Notes: generated by a model from the letters alone, not told the origin. DNA of 24,000 bases from an uncultured Acidobacteriota bacterium (GCA_963722555.1 CAVRNQ010000007.1:853013-877012), one strand, 5' to 3'; shown: positions 6,740 through 15,627, counted from the first letter of the stretch. Numbers and translations: made by a program.

Positions 6740-7612
6740 TTAGAACCGCACCGACTTCAAATAGGCGAAAGTCTTCGCGATGCCGTCCCAGGCCGTGGGG
6801 CTTTCGTCCTCGACGTAATACTCCTTCACGCCGGCTGCTGCTGCCGCGGCCAGAGTCTTCGGCCAGTCGATCTGGCCCGTCCCCAGGGGCACGCAGGTCG
6901 AGTCGGGTTCTTCCTGGAACCCCACCTTTACACCCTTGGCGATGTCCTTCAGGTGCAATTGCTTCGCCCGCGCCGCATGTTTCTTGATGAAGTCCGCCGG
7001 AACCAGTCCCACTTTCTGGACAAAGTAGAGGTCAAATTCAAAGTCCACGAGCTTGGGATCGGTCTCGCTGAGGAAGATGTCTTGAGCTGTGGTCGTCCCG
7101 AGGGGTTGGAAATCCACATCGTGGTTGTGGTAGGAGAAGCGGAAGCCCGCGGCTGCGAGTTTCTTGCCCCAGGCATTGAAATCCGCCGCGACGCGCTTTG
7201 CGCCTGCCGCGTCCTTGCGATGCTCCTCCTGCACCCACGGGCAGGAGACATGCAAGGGCTTGAACACCCTTGCCTCGGCAATGATCTCATCGAGATGGTC
7301 GCGGAAGCGGTCGTCGTCGCCCGCGTGCATGCCGGTGCACTTCAGACCCGCCTTGTCGAGCTCGCGCTTGAAGTCCGCGGGCTTCATATCGTAAAAGCCC
7401 GCCGTTTCTACCGCCGTGTAACCGACCTCGCGGATGTGCTTGAGTGCGCCGGGAACGTCTTTGGCGAGCTGGTCGCGCAGGCTGTAAAGCTGCACGCCAA
7501 ACGGCCCTCGGAAGGTGCGCCCCGCCGCCGGCAGCGCCTTGGCCGCCTGCACGAGCCCGGAACCTGCCACCACTCCTGTAAAGGTCTTTATGAAATCGCG
7601 TCGAGATCCCAT
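6740..7612 (-). CDS. Sugar phosphate isomerase/epimerase (xylose isomerase-like TIM barrel) with Tat signal
   Basis: Start chosen at ATG 7612 (MGSRRDFIKTFTGVVAGSGL, twin-arginine motif), preceded by AAGGAGGA. The rest is AP_endonuc_2/xylose-isomerase-like. It lies 19 nt upstream of the transporter gene on the same strand. Confidence 0.8.
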   Translation of the reverse strand: MGSRRDFIKTFTGVVAGSGLVQAAKALPAAGRTFRGPFGVQLYSLRDQLAKDVPGALKHIREVGYTAVETAGFYDMKPADFKRELDKAGLKCTGMHAGDDDRFRDHLDEIIAEARVFKPLHVSCPWVQEEHRKDAAGAKRVAADFNAWGKKLAAAGFRFSYHNHDVDFQPLGTTTAQDIFLSETDPKLVDFEFDLYFVQKVGLVPADFIKKHAARAKQLHLKDIAKGVKVGFQEEPDSTCVPLGTGQIDWPKTLAAAAAAGVKEYYVEDESPTAWDGIAKTFAYLKSVRF

Positions 7613-7852
7613 GATGTCTTCCTCCTTGGTCAGATCAAAACGAAAGTGCGAATCTTGTCGCCCCAATTATGGCACAGCGGAGCGGGCATTGGCGGATTTG
7701 CTGCGGCGGCGGCCTGGCAAGACAAAAGGGCGGGCACAAGGCCCAGCCTCCGCGCTAGCAGTCATCTCAGGGGAGTTGCCGCGAAACTGCGGTTTATGGG
7801 TTGCGTTGACTATAAGTCTTGTGCTAACTAGAGAGAAGAAGAGGCGACGGTC

Positions 7853-8884
7853 ATGGGAAAAAAGCAGCGACCTGCGAAGGAGTTGAGGGAGGAATACGAA
7901 ACACTTCTTAACACTGCCTCTCGGTTCAAGAACGAGATTGTAGCACAGATATCTGCAATGGTTCAGAGCGAGGACATCCACCTCGCCGTCCCTATCGAAT
8001 CGCGGGTGAAGAAATGGGACTCCATATCGTCCAAGCTGGATCGACTGCCGTTGAGGGTTGATTCGCTAAAGAATCTACAAGATTTCGTCGGGGTGAGAAT
8101 AATAGTCCTCTTCCGCCGCGACGCGGAAAGGCTCATTCGGTTAATCTCAGAGAAGTTCAAGGTTCTTAAGAGCGAGGACACGAGCACTCGACTCCGTGAA
8201 GACCAGTTTGGGTATCTATCCACCCACATGATCGTAAAGGTTCCTGACGAATGGCTTAAGGTCCCTACCATGTGTTCGCTGGGGGACCTAACAGCAGAGC
8301 TTCAGATCCGGACATTAGCCCAGCATATGTGGGCAGCTGCATCTCATGTGCTTCAATACAAGCAGGAGGCCAACGTCCCGATGCCGGTACGCAGGTCCAT
8401 CCACCGGGTTTCGGCCCTCCTTGAAACCATCGACATTGAATTCGACGGCGTTCTCGACGCCAGAGACAAGTACAGGGCTCAGCTTAGGACAGATACTTCA
8501 GAATCCCTCAATGCTGACTCGCTGGAGCGTTTGCTGGACTCACTCTTCCCCGCAAAGAACAAGGAAGGAACGGAAAACTACTCTGTGATGCTCAAGGAAT
8601 TGTCCGACTTCAAGATTCACACGACTGATGAAGTCGAGCGGTTGGTAAAGAAACACCTGAGGCCCGCGCTGGATGAGGACTCTAAATTCGCCAGTGAATA
8701 CCTCGGGCTTGCCTGGGTCCCCGATTCCAGGAAGGAGAGGATGCGCGAAAAGAGTGTATATTTCACACACGTCGGCCTGCTTAGAACAATAATGAAGCTG
8801 GAGTTTCCAGACGGTTGGCAGGAGTACATGGACAAGCTCGCTGCGTCTGCGAAGGCGAGACCTCGCAAGGCTGAGAAAGAGTGA
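7853..8884 (+). CDS. RelA/SpoT-domain protein (small alarmone synthetase-like nucleotidyltransferase) with ~140-aa C-terminal extension
   Basis: RVKKWDSISSKLDR, DFVGVRIIVLFRRD, FGYLSTHMIV and ELQIRTLAQHMWAAASHVLQYK are the synthetase-domain motifs. Residues ~205-343 have no motif I recognise. G+C is lower (28/60 and 31/60 in sampled lines) than in the flanking genes (38/60, 34/60). Confidence 0.85.
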   Translation: MGKKQRPAKELREEYETLLNTASRFKNEIVAQISAMVQSEDIHLAVPIESRVKKWDSISSKLDRLPLRVDSLKNLQDFVGVRIIVLFRRDAERLIRLISEKFKVLKSEDTSTRLREDQFGYLSTHMIVKVPDEWLKVPTMCSLGDLTAELQIRTLAQHMWAAASHVLQYKQEANVPMPVRRSIHRVSALLETIDIEFDGVLDARDKYRAQLRTDTSESLNADSLERLLDSLFPAKNKEGTENYSVMLKELSDFKIHTTDEVERLVKKHLRPALDEDSKFASEYLGLAWVPDSRKERMREKSVYFTHVGLLRTIMKLEFPDGWQEYMDKLAASAKARPRKAEKE

Positions 8885-9078
8885 TTAAGTAACCTTCCTC
8901 ATGCAGAGACCCCCCCGAAATTGTGGCTTTCTTGGGGCTTTCCGATGTTAGCGCTTAAGTGCGAGCCGTGCGCTACACGCCACAAACAGAAAAGGCGGGT
9001 ACTATAACGGCCCGCATGTGGCGATATGGATTTGCCGCTACTAAGTCTCCACACCCTATTGCCGTCGCCGTCTGCAGG

Positions 9079-10710
9079 TTAAGCCTGGGCGGCTTTTGGG
9101 GTCCCTCGCTCCAGCGGCACGGAGAACTGCTTCTCGATCTTTTCGCGGAAGCAGGGGCCGGAGTTGTAAGTGCAGAAGGGGTAGACCAGCCCGTTGGGCG
9201 CGGTGTAGTGGATGACGCAACGCTTGACGCGGTTGATGTCATAGTTATAGACATCCATAAAGTGCATACCCGCGACAAGGAGAGTCTTATAAGTGAATGT
9301 GCCGTCACCCTGGCCGCGGCCCTGGGTGTGGTCGGTCATACCCTGGAGAGTGTTCAGGAAGCGTTCAAAGGTAAGGCCCGGGGGCGCGAATTCCGGCTTG
9401 AAGTGGCGGCGCAGGGAATTCCAGGCGCTGATCTTGGAGAAAAGCTTGACCCGCGCCCCCTGCGCCTTACGCGCCAGGAGGTCGATGTCGCGCAGCATGG
9501 CGCCGACATCGAAGAAGCGGGTGATGGGCACGGCCTTCTTCGAAACGGGATCGACGTAAAGATAGGTCCCCATGGCGCAGTGAGGGTGCGAAGTCAGATT
9601 GGGCCGCTGGAAGTCTTGCAGGGCCGATAGGAGCTTCGAAAACGGCGACGTGCAGGCGAGCGGCATCCAGTCGTGATACGCGTCGGTCATGCCTGTCTGG
9701 TCGGCGATGCAGTGGGCCAGATCCGACTGTGTGAAGCGCTTCTCCTCCAGATCGCGACGATTGATGCGGCCCGTGAAGGCCACGGGCTGGAAACTGAAGC
9801 CACTGACGCAATCGATGTTATCAATGGCGAACCGGACCATGTCGCCGAGTTGATGGTCGTTCACGCCCTTGACGATGGTGGGCACAAAGACAATCTTCAG
9901 GCCCACCTCGCGACAATTCTCAATACAGGCCAGCTTCGTTTCCATCAGGCGCTGGCCGCGGGTGCGGAGATAGATGTCGTCCGTGAGGCCGTCGAACTGC
10001 AGGTAGAGAGTGTGCAGACCTGCTTCCTTGGCGGCCGCGGCAAACTCCGGACGGGCGAAATGGATCCCATTGGTGGCCGCCTGGATGTGCGTGAAGCCGA
10101 GTTCGGTGGCCGTGCGCAGCACGTCCAGGAAACGCGGGTACATGGTCGGCTCGCCGCCGGAGAATTGCACCACGCGGTTGGGCACGGGACGCTGCGCGCG
10201 CAGGCCCTTCAGCATGTCGCACACCTGCTCGAAAGAAGGCTCGTAGAGATACCCGGCCGTGTTGGCGTTGGCAAAGCAAACCGGGCAGGTCAGGTTGCAA
10301 CGATTGGTCAGGTCGACGTTGGAAAGAACCGTGTGCGACGTGTGCAGCGAGCAGAGGCCACAGTCGTCGGGGCAGCGTGTGGCGTTCAGGACGGCAGGGT
10401 TCTCCAGGCCACGATTGTCGCCGAATTCCCACTCTTCCATCTTGAGGTAAAGGCGGGCGTCGGAGTAAATCTTGTCGCGGAAGTCGCCATGCGCCAAGCA
10501 GGTTTTCTCCATGTAAACGGCGCCGTTCTCCTCGAAAAGTCGCGCCTCAATCACCTGCAGGCATTCGGGGCAGACGGATTGCGTCGTCTTGGGCAAGCCC
10601 TTCTCGAGCGGCTCGATGCGCGAGCCGGTAAAAGTGGTTTTGGGCTGGATGATCTCAAAATCGCTCCGGCGGCGAGACTTGGTGGGCGGAGCTACGGTCA
10701 GAGTGGCCAC
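9079..10710 (-). CDS. Radical SAM enzyme of the COG1964 / tetraether lipid synthase (Tes, GDGT-MAS)-like family
   Basis: N-terminal Cys ribbon CPECLQVIEARLFEENGAVYMEKTCLAHG, then CPDDCGLCSLH. The radical SAM motif is CNLTCPVC (CX3CX2C), followed by SGGEPT. Start set at GTG 10710, preceded by AGGAGG. The track ORF extends to 10779. Confidence 0.7.
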   Translation of the reverse strand: MATLTVAPPTKSRRRSDFEIIQPKTTFTGSRIEPLEKGLPKTTQSVCPECLQVIEARLFEENGAVYMEKTCLAHGDFRDKIYSDARLYLKMEEWEFGDNRGLENPAVLNATRCPDDCGLCSLHTSHTVLSNVDLTNRCNLTCPVCFANANTAGYLYEPSFEQVCDMLKGLRAQRPVPNRVVQFSGGEPTMYPRFLDVLRTATELGFTHIQAATNGIHFARPEFAAAAKEAGLHTLYLQFDGLTDDIYLRTRGQRLMETKLACIENCREVGLKIVFVPTIVKGVNDHQLGDMVRFAIDNIDCVSGFSFQPVAFTGRINRRDLEEKRFTQSDLAHCIADQTGMTDAYHDWMPLACTSPFSKLLSALQDFQRPNLTSHPHCAMGTYLYVDPVSKKAVPITRFFDVGAMLRDIDLLARKAQGARVKLFSKISAWNSLRRHFKPEFAPPGLTFERFLNTLQGMTDHTQGRGQGDGTFTYKTLLVAGMHFMDVYNYDINRVKRCVIHYTAPNGLVYPFCTYNSGPCFREKIEKQFSVPLERGTPKAAQA

Positions 10711-11038
10711 GATCCCTCCTGAAGATTGCGTATGATTCAGCAGCGCACGCCCGACGAGCGTGCCGCTTCGGCTGTCCATTAGCGCGAGAGCAAGTCCTAT
10801 GAAAGCGTTGAGGGCTCAAGCGTCAAGGAGGGGATTAGACCATTCTATGCTGTGAGGTGGAACAACAAACCCTCGGATGGTGAAATGGGAGCATCAAACG
10901 GCAAGAAAAAGGGGTCGAACAGGCATGACAAATTGTTCATTCAAAAGGACGTACTGACATCTTGTCCGCCTCTACTCTGAGGGCTCTGGAGACGACCAAA
11001 CTCCCACGGACTTCAGGCCGGGAGCAAGCAGGGCCCCT

Positions 11039-11449
11039 CTATTTCCGGAAAAGGTTCTCAAAGGCGGCGCGAGCGTCCAGTGGCCTGGCGGTTGAAGTCT
11101 CGCGTTCAATAGTGGCACGCGGCGAGTAGAAGTTGCAGTGGTTGCGGGCATCCTTCTTGGGGAGGCGCGCGCTGACCGGTTGGGTACACTCGAAGCGGCT
11201 GGCGGTATCAAAGAAAGCGCACTGTTTGCAGCTATGCAATTCAAAACTGCAACGCGGGCACTTGCCCGTGTAATCAATGCCCGCCGGCAAGAGCGCGGCG
11301 CAGGAGGCGCAACGCACCACCTCTCGTTTGCCCGGCAGGTTGGGTGTTCGCGGGCCGAAGTTCTCGGGTCTCTTCGCGGGTTTGTGCTCGGTGCGTTCGC
11401 GCTCGCCACCCGAGTCCATATACCCCCGCTGTTTGTACTTCCTGTCCAT
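11039..11449 (-). CDS. Cys-rich zinc-ribbon protein, function unknown
   Basis: MDRKYKQRGY... with CASC, CPRC, CKQC, C and C arrangements. GGAAGGAG lies 6 nt before ATG 11449. Confidence 0.6.
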   Translation of the reverse strand: MDRKYKQRGYMDSGGERERTEHKPAKRPENFGPRTPNLPGKREVVRCASCAALLPAGIDYTGKCPRCSFELHSCKQCAFFDTASRFECTQPVSARLPKKDARNHCNFYSPRATIERETSTARPLDARAAFENLFRK

Positions 11450-11590
11450 CCGCACTCCTTCCAGTTTGACGGCTGGTTAATTCGATCGCTGGATTGCCAA
11501 TAAACTTATCATACGCTGGCCGGATGCTTCGCGCCACCAAGAAAAAAGGAACCTTGCAGGGCAGTGGTGAACTCTGAGCTTCCTCCTGCC

Positions 11591-12577
11591 TCAGTAACCG
11601 AGGGTCTTCCGGACGAACTCGCGGCTGATTTTCCAGTCCTCGCGCAAGGGTCGCGTCAGTTTGAATCCCTGTTCGTGCGCGAGTTCGATCACCGCGTCAC
11701 CCGCGAACGGGATGGCATCGAGCGCCTTGGCGATGCCGGCGTAATCCATGTTCCCTTCGCCCACGGCTTCGGACCACTTACCATCCGCTTTCTGGTCGCG
11801 GATGTGCATAAACACGATCTGCTTGCCGTAGCGATGAATGAAGTCCACGGGATTAACCCCGGCGCGCACCAGCCAGTTCAGATCCGGCCCCAGCTTGACG
11901 TCGGGGATGCGGGCGAGTGTGCCCTTGAGATCATGCAGGTCATTCTCGACTTCATACGTATGGTTGTGGAGGTTCAGAATGACCCCGTGCGACTTGCCGA
12001 GGGTGATGATCTTCCGGAGCACCTCCGCCTGCGCATCGAGTTGCTCAGGCGTCTTGGGCGCGGGCGCGCGGCCCACCGAGGTCCCGAGCGTGCGCCCGCC
12101 CAGCTTGGCGAGCCGCGTGATCGCCAGGTCGGCGTCTTCCAGAATTGCGCTGTGCTTTGTACGGTCCCACATTTCACCTTCGAAGGACGTCCCGAGAATG
12201 GGCAGCGCGTACTGGTGCGAAAGCGCGCCGATGTGTTCCACGGCGTCGGGGTGCCGCAGGACGATGTGCATCAACTCGAACGCTTCGATACCCGCGTATT
12301 TGAGATCGGAAAAGATCTGCTCGAGAATCGGCGTGTAGTCATAGCCCGGCAGGGGGGCCGCATAGACCCACCCGTGGGCGCCTACCACAACCTTCTTCGC
12401 TTGCGGAGCGCCGGTCCCTGGGAATGCCCACTCCTCCGGCGCCAGCACCCCTGCTCCGAGTGCCACGGCAGACTTCAGGAACTCCCGGCGCCCCGGCATC
12501 TTCGCGGTTCCCGCACCAAGCGTCGCGCGCTTATCCCATACTCCCTCTCGCTTCTTCCGATTAGATGATTCCAGCAT
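11591..12577 (-). CDS. Sugar phosphate isomerase/epimerase (xylose isomerase-like TIM barrel) with Tat signal
   Basis: MPGRREFLKSAVALGAGVLA is a twin-arginine signal (alternative start ATG 12499). The TIM-barrel body contains LNLHNHTYE and FMHIRDQ. Confidence 0.75.
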   Translation of the reverse strand: MLESSNRKKREGVWDKRATLGAGTAKMPGRREFLKSAVALGAGVLAPEEWAFPGTGAPQAKKVVVGAHGWVYAAPLPGYDYTPILEQIFSDLKYAGIEAFELMHIVLRHPDAVEHIGALSHQYALPILGTSFEGEMWDRTKHSAILEDADLAITRLAKLGGRTLGTSVGRAPAPKTPEQLDAQAEVLRKIITLGKSHGVILNLHNHTYEVENDLHDLKGTLARIPDVKLGPDLNWLVRAGVNPVDFIHRYGKQIVFMHIRDQKADGKWSEAVGEGNMDYAGIAKALDAIPFAGDAVIELAHEQGFKLTRPLREDWKISREFVRKTLGY

Positions 12578-12858
12578 ACCATCCCCCTTTACGGATGACC
12601 GGGCTCAATAGGACTGAGGAGAGAAAAGACTTTGATCACGGGTTACCGCGCTGCGCCGGTCAGATCCAGTCTACGAGTCTTCTGCGATTGGAGATCTCCT
12701 TACCGAGTGCGGCAGTCGTACCTTGAAGGTGATTCATTTCGGCCCCTAAGATAAACCGTGCTGTGGACGGATGCAAGTGCTTGCCAACTTCGCCGCTCAT
12801 AGAGCGGCGCTACAGCGGGCGACGCCGAGTTTTGAGACAGCCTCCGAGGGGAGAGGGT

Positions 12859-12875
12859 GTCCGCCGACGGCGGAC
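12859..12875 (-). terminator. GC-rich hairpin 10 nt 3' of the membrane-protein ORF (possible terminator, no U-tract)
   Basis: GTCCGCC-GAC-GGCGGAC, a 7-bp stem. Confidence 0.25.
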
Positions 12876-12885
12876 GGATAAGGGA

Positions 12886-13278
12886 TCACTTCACTTGTTC
12901 CCCCGCGGTGGCCCCAGGACTATGATGTTCCCCCCGCCCGGCGCGTTTGAGCCAACTCACGAGGAAGAGCGCGGCTAACACGAAAAGCGGGCCGGATATG
13001 GTCAGAATCCAACTGGGGTGCCGCCATGCCATTTTCGCATACAGCAAGCCGGCGCTTCCAAAGCCCACCGCGCCAATCCACTCCCACCGCCAGGCAAGCG
13101 CCAATACACCCAGGACAATGGCGGTCGGGATAAGATGCATCATCAGAGCGAATAGGGTCCTCGCAAAGCCATAGCCCTCACTGAAAACATCCAGCGCGAA
13201 CAGACTGAGAAAGATAGCAAAGGCAATTCCCAGCGCGCGCGGGGTCCAGACCAAGATCCTCCTCGAATAAGCAGTCAT
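12886..13278 (-). CDS. Small integral membrane protein (about 4 TM segments), function unknown
   Basis: 130 aa with four hydrophobic stretches (ALGIAFAIFLSLFAL, LIPTAIVLGVLALAW, IGAVGFGSAGLLY, ILTISGPLFVLAALFLV). Confidence 0.55.
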   Translation of the reverse strand: MTAYSRRILVWTPRALGIAFAIFLSLFALDVFSEGYGFARTLFALMMHLIPTAIVLGVLALAWRWEWIGAVGFGSAGLLYAKMAWRHPSWILTISGPLFVLAALFLVSWLKRAGRGEHHSPGATAGEQVK

Positions 13279-13352
13279 CTTGCCTCCCTGCTCGGGCCGA
13301 ATGGACTGGCCCGATTAGAAATCCGCTGCACGCTCAAGTCAAGGGAGAAACT

Positions 13353-14773
13353 CAGGACTTTCCCCATTTTTTAGCCTTCCCAAGCCAGCAGGAGTTCCAA
13401 TTGCCAAGTTTTGGGCGGTGGACCGGATGGTTCGGGGCTGGTTTGAGAAAGAACCTTATGGATGCCATCGGCCAGAGCGTAGAAGCGGAAAGGCGGAATG
13501 CCGAAGAAGCGGAAGGAAATGATCAGGAGCCTTTCGCACAAGATTCTCAACTTTAACTTCTGCCCTAAGAAAGTGGCGGCAAAGTAAGCCGCGGCCGTCA
13601 CCAACACCACCAGGTTTTTCAGCCGTTGATAGCGCAGAACGCGAATATCTTCCAAGTGATAGCTCTGTTTGAGGAAGCGAAAAGTTTCCTCAATTTTCCA
13701 GCGGGTCAGATAGATTTGCACGATCCACCATAGCGATTCTGAGTCCCGCGCTCCCTCCAGGTTGGTCAACAGCAGGAGCGGATCTTTCCCGAAACCGGCC
13801 ACCACCACCAAGAGCATCTTCTCCTCTCGCCCCGGCAGGTGCAGGGGTTCGGCACCGTAGCGGAGCTCATAGACCTTTTCTTTCCCCTCTTCGATCTTGA
13901 TCACGCGCGCCGCATAACGCAGACGACACCGGCCACCCACCTCCGCCACACTCCCTTGCAGGCGGCGTCGATCGATCACGAAACGTTTACCGGTGGACCG
14001 GATCACAAAGCGCTCCCGCCGCGCCAGCAGCGGCTCCAACACCTCCCGGCGGTCTCCGCCTCGATCTAGCACCCAGATCCCTCGCCCTCTCGTATGGCTC
14101 CGCACTAAGTCCACGGCCGCCAGAATCTCCGCGTTCTCACTACGGAACTCTTTCGCCTCCGCCGAGTACAGCTTCTGGTACAGCGGCACGATCTCGCTGC
14201 TTTTCACCTCCGCCGCCGTGATGTCACACAACCAATAGCCGTCATGCAGTTCGCCGGTGCTGCCGTCCCGCACCTTTGCCAGGTATTCCATCTTCTGGGC
14301 GTATTCCTTGCGCAGGTCACTCAGGTCCAGGCACAGCACCGTGTTCGCTTCTACTCGTTGACTCCCCAGCGCTGCCAAGCGCTCGCTCAGGTGGCTTTCC
14401 AGTTCCGTCGCCTCCAGATTGCGCGACAGACGGTTCTCCGTCTTGATCAAATCAATCTCTTCTTTCAGGCTGCGCGCGATGTTGCTGAGCTTCACGTCCT
14501 GACTGGCCTGCACGCCAAACAACATCTGACCGACGAACTTCTGTAAGGGGCGGCTCAGACCTTCGGTGAGCTGCAAGGAGAACTTCGTGAGCTGGGCTTT
14601 CAGTCGGGAACGCAGTCTGTTATCGTGCATCGGGGATGCCTCCCAGGTGGTTTGGATTTCTCGCAAAAACCCTTCTACCACGGAGTTCGTCCCCGTTCAC
14701 TTGTTAGAAAAAACAACTCCCGCTGGTTCTATTACTTGCCTGAAATCAGACAGAAAAAATGGGGAAAGTCCTG
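13353..14773 (-). mobile_element. IS4-family insertion sequence, copy A (1421 bp)
   Basis: Perfect 20-bp terminal inverted repeats CAGGACTTTCCCCATTTTTT (13353-13372 and revcomp 14754-14773). Flanking direct repeat AGAAACT at 13346-13352 and 14774-14780. Confidence 0.9.
13371..14630 (-). CDS. IS4-family DDE transposase (copy A)
   Basis: YLTRWKIEETFRFLK carries the Y(2)R(3)E(6)K signature of IS4-type DDE transposases. Start placed at ATG 14630 (MHDNRLRS, GGAGG upstream). The track ORF extends to 14681 from a GTG. Confidence 0.85.
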   Translation of the reverse strand: MHDNRLRSRLKAQLTKFSLQLTEGLSRPLQKFVGQMLFGVQASQDVKLSNIARSLKEEIDLIKTENRLSRNLEATELESHLSERLAALGSQRVEANTVLCLDLSDLRKEYAQKMEYLAKVRDGSTGELHDGYWLCDITAAEVKSSEIVPLYQKLYSAEAKEFRSENAEILAAVDLVRSHTRGRGIWVLDRGGDRREVLEPLLARRERFVIRSTGKRFVIDRRRLQGSVAEVGGRCRLRYAARVIKIEEGKEKVYELRYGAEPLHLPGREEKMLLVVVAGFGKDPLLLLTNLEGARDSESLWWIVQIYLTRWKIEETFRFLKQSYHLEDIRVLRYQRLKNLVVLVTAAAYFAATFLGQKLKLRILCERLLIISFRFFGIPPFRFYALADGIHKVLSQTSPEPSGPPPKTWQLELLLAWEG

Positions 14774-14985
14774 AGAAACTCCGTTGCGGTAGATGGCGAA
14801 TTCATGGGCACAAGTCTGCCGGGCAAGGCCAGGATTCGCAACGCCGAGGTATCCCAATATGTACTGGGGGAAAAAGGTAAGGTTGAAGCCGACAAAGATG
14901 ATGGCGGCGGCCAGACGCGCCCAGCCGCCGGGTGCGAGTAAAACCAGAACAGGTGTTGGAAGAGAATCGGGTCGCCGCCCACCGC
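14774..14985 (-). pseudogene. Cytochrome c oxidase subunit I relic (two out-of-frame fragments with an internal deletion)
   Basis: [17 protein letters not shown] appears in one frame. It joins directly, in another frame, to [20 protein letters not shown], which lies ~110 residues later in intact CoxI. A stop immediately precedes GGDP. The fragment ends at the IS copy A junction. Confidence 0.6.
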
Positions 14986-15026
14986 CTACTTTCCTCGACC
15001 TCGCGCCCAACGCCTTTCTCCTTTCT

Positions 15027-15535
15027 TTTCATCAACATCGCCGCTAACCATAAAAGCGACGCCGATAATGTGTCAAGTCGTGTTGATTCTAAAGGACATC
15101 GCCGGAGTCACTTTCATTTTAACATCTTTTTTGTTTTGCCCGCCAAGCCAGAACTCAATGTAGTTAACTTGTTTGATTTCAACGACTTAATTTTTGTGGT
15201 TGGTCATCATAAAAACCGCTAACTGCCTGTCTTATCATTAACATCGCCGGATGCCTGGCTTTTCTCCAAAATTTCCTGCCCCGGCGCTTGCCGTCGTGTT
15301 GTAGCGCTGGACTTTAGTTCAGCATGTGCCGACCTGAAGGTCGGCGCTACTTCGCCCCGATTATCGCGCCACCGGTGCATTTTCGGCCAAGGAGCCCGAT
15401 CGATTGTCGTCCATTATCGCGAAATCTGTGTATTTTCGGCCAAAAAGCCCATCCGATTGTCGTCCATTTTGTCACCAGCGCCTTTGTTTTCATACACATC
15501 CCCGGGTCGATCTTCATTTTTAACATCTCTATAGG
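15027..15535 (-). repeat. Motif array of locus C2 (reverse-strand copies of CGGCGATGTTGATGAAAAG-type motif, conserved 33-nt core)
   Basis: On the plus strand, TCATCAACATCGCCGC is at 15029-15044 and TCATTAACATCGCCGG at 15235-15250. Weaker copies are near 15097-15106, 15115-15128, 15487-15500 and 15513-15527. The core is at 15156-15188 (revcomp AAGTCGTTGAAATCAAACAAGTTAACTACATTG), 29/33 identical to 5095-5127. Confidence 0.8.
15360..15465. repeat. Two tandem 53-bp units
   Basis: 15360-15412 reads ATTATCGCGCCACCGGTGCATTTTCGGCCAAGGAGCCCGATCGATTGTCGTCC. 15413-15465 reads ATTATCGCGAAATCTGTGTATTTTCGGCCAAAAAGCCCATCCGATTGTCGTCC. Confidence 0.85.
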
Positions 15536-15627
15536 TCAGGGCCCCGTTTCGGACCTTGAAAAGCACACTCGTGAGCCGCCACAATTGGCGCAGGCGGGAA
15601 TCTTCCATCCTCCGCATGAGCATCGCG

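Noticed and set aside
6542-7831. 429-aa plus-strand ORF. The same class includes 9673-10722 (+), 11564-12568 (+), 17005-18549 (+), 1391-1915 (-) and the minus-strand ORFs between 20899 and 23316
   Set aside because: All overlap, on the opposite strand or in another frame, genes with strong family motifs (isomerases, radical SAM, transposase, GT2, TonB receptor). None has recognisable motifs of its own.
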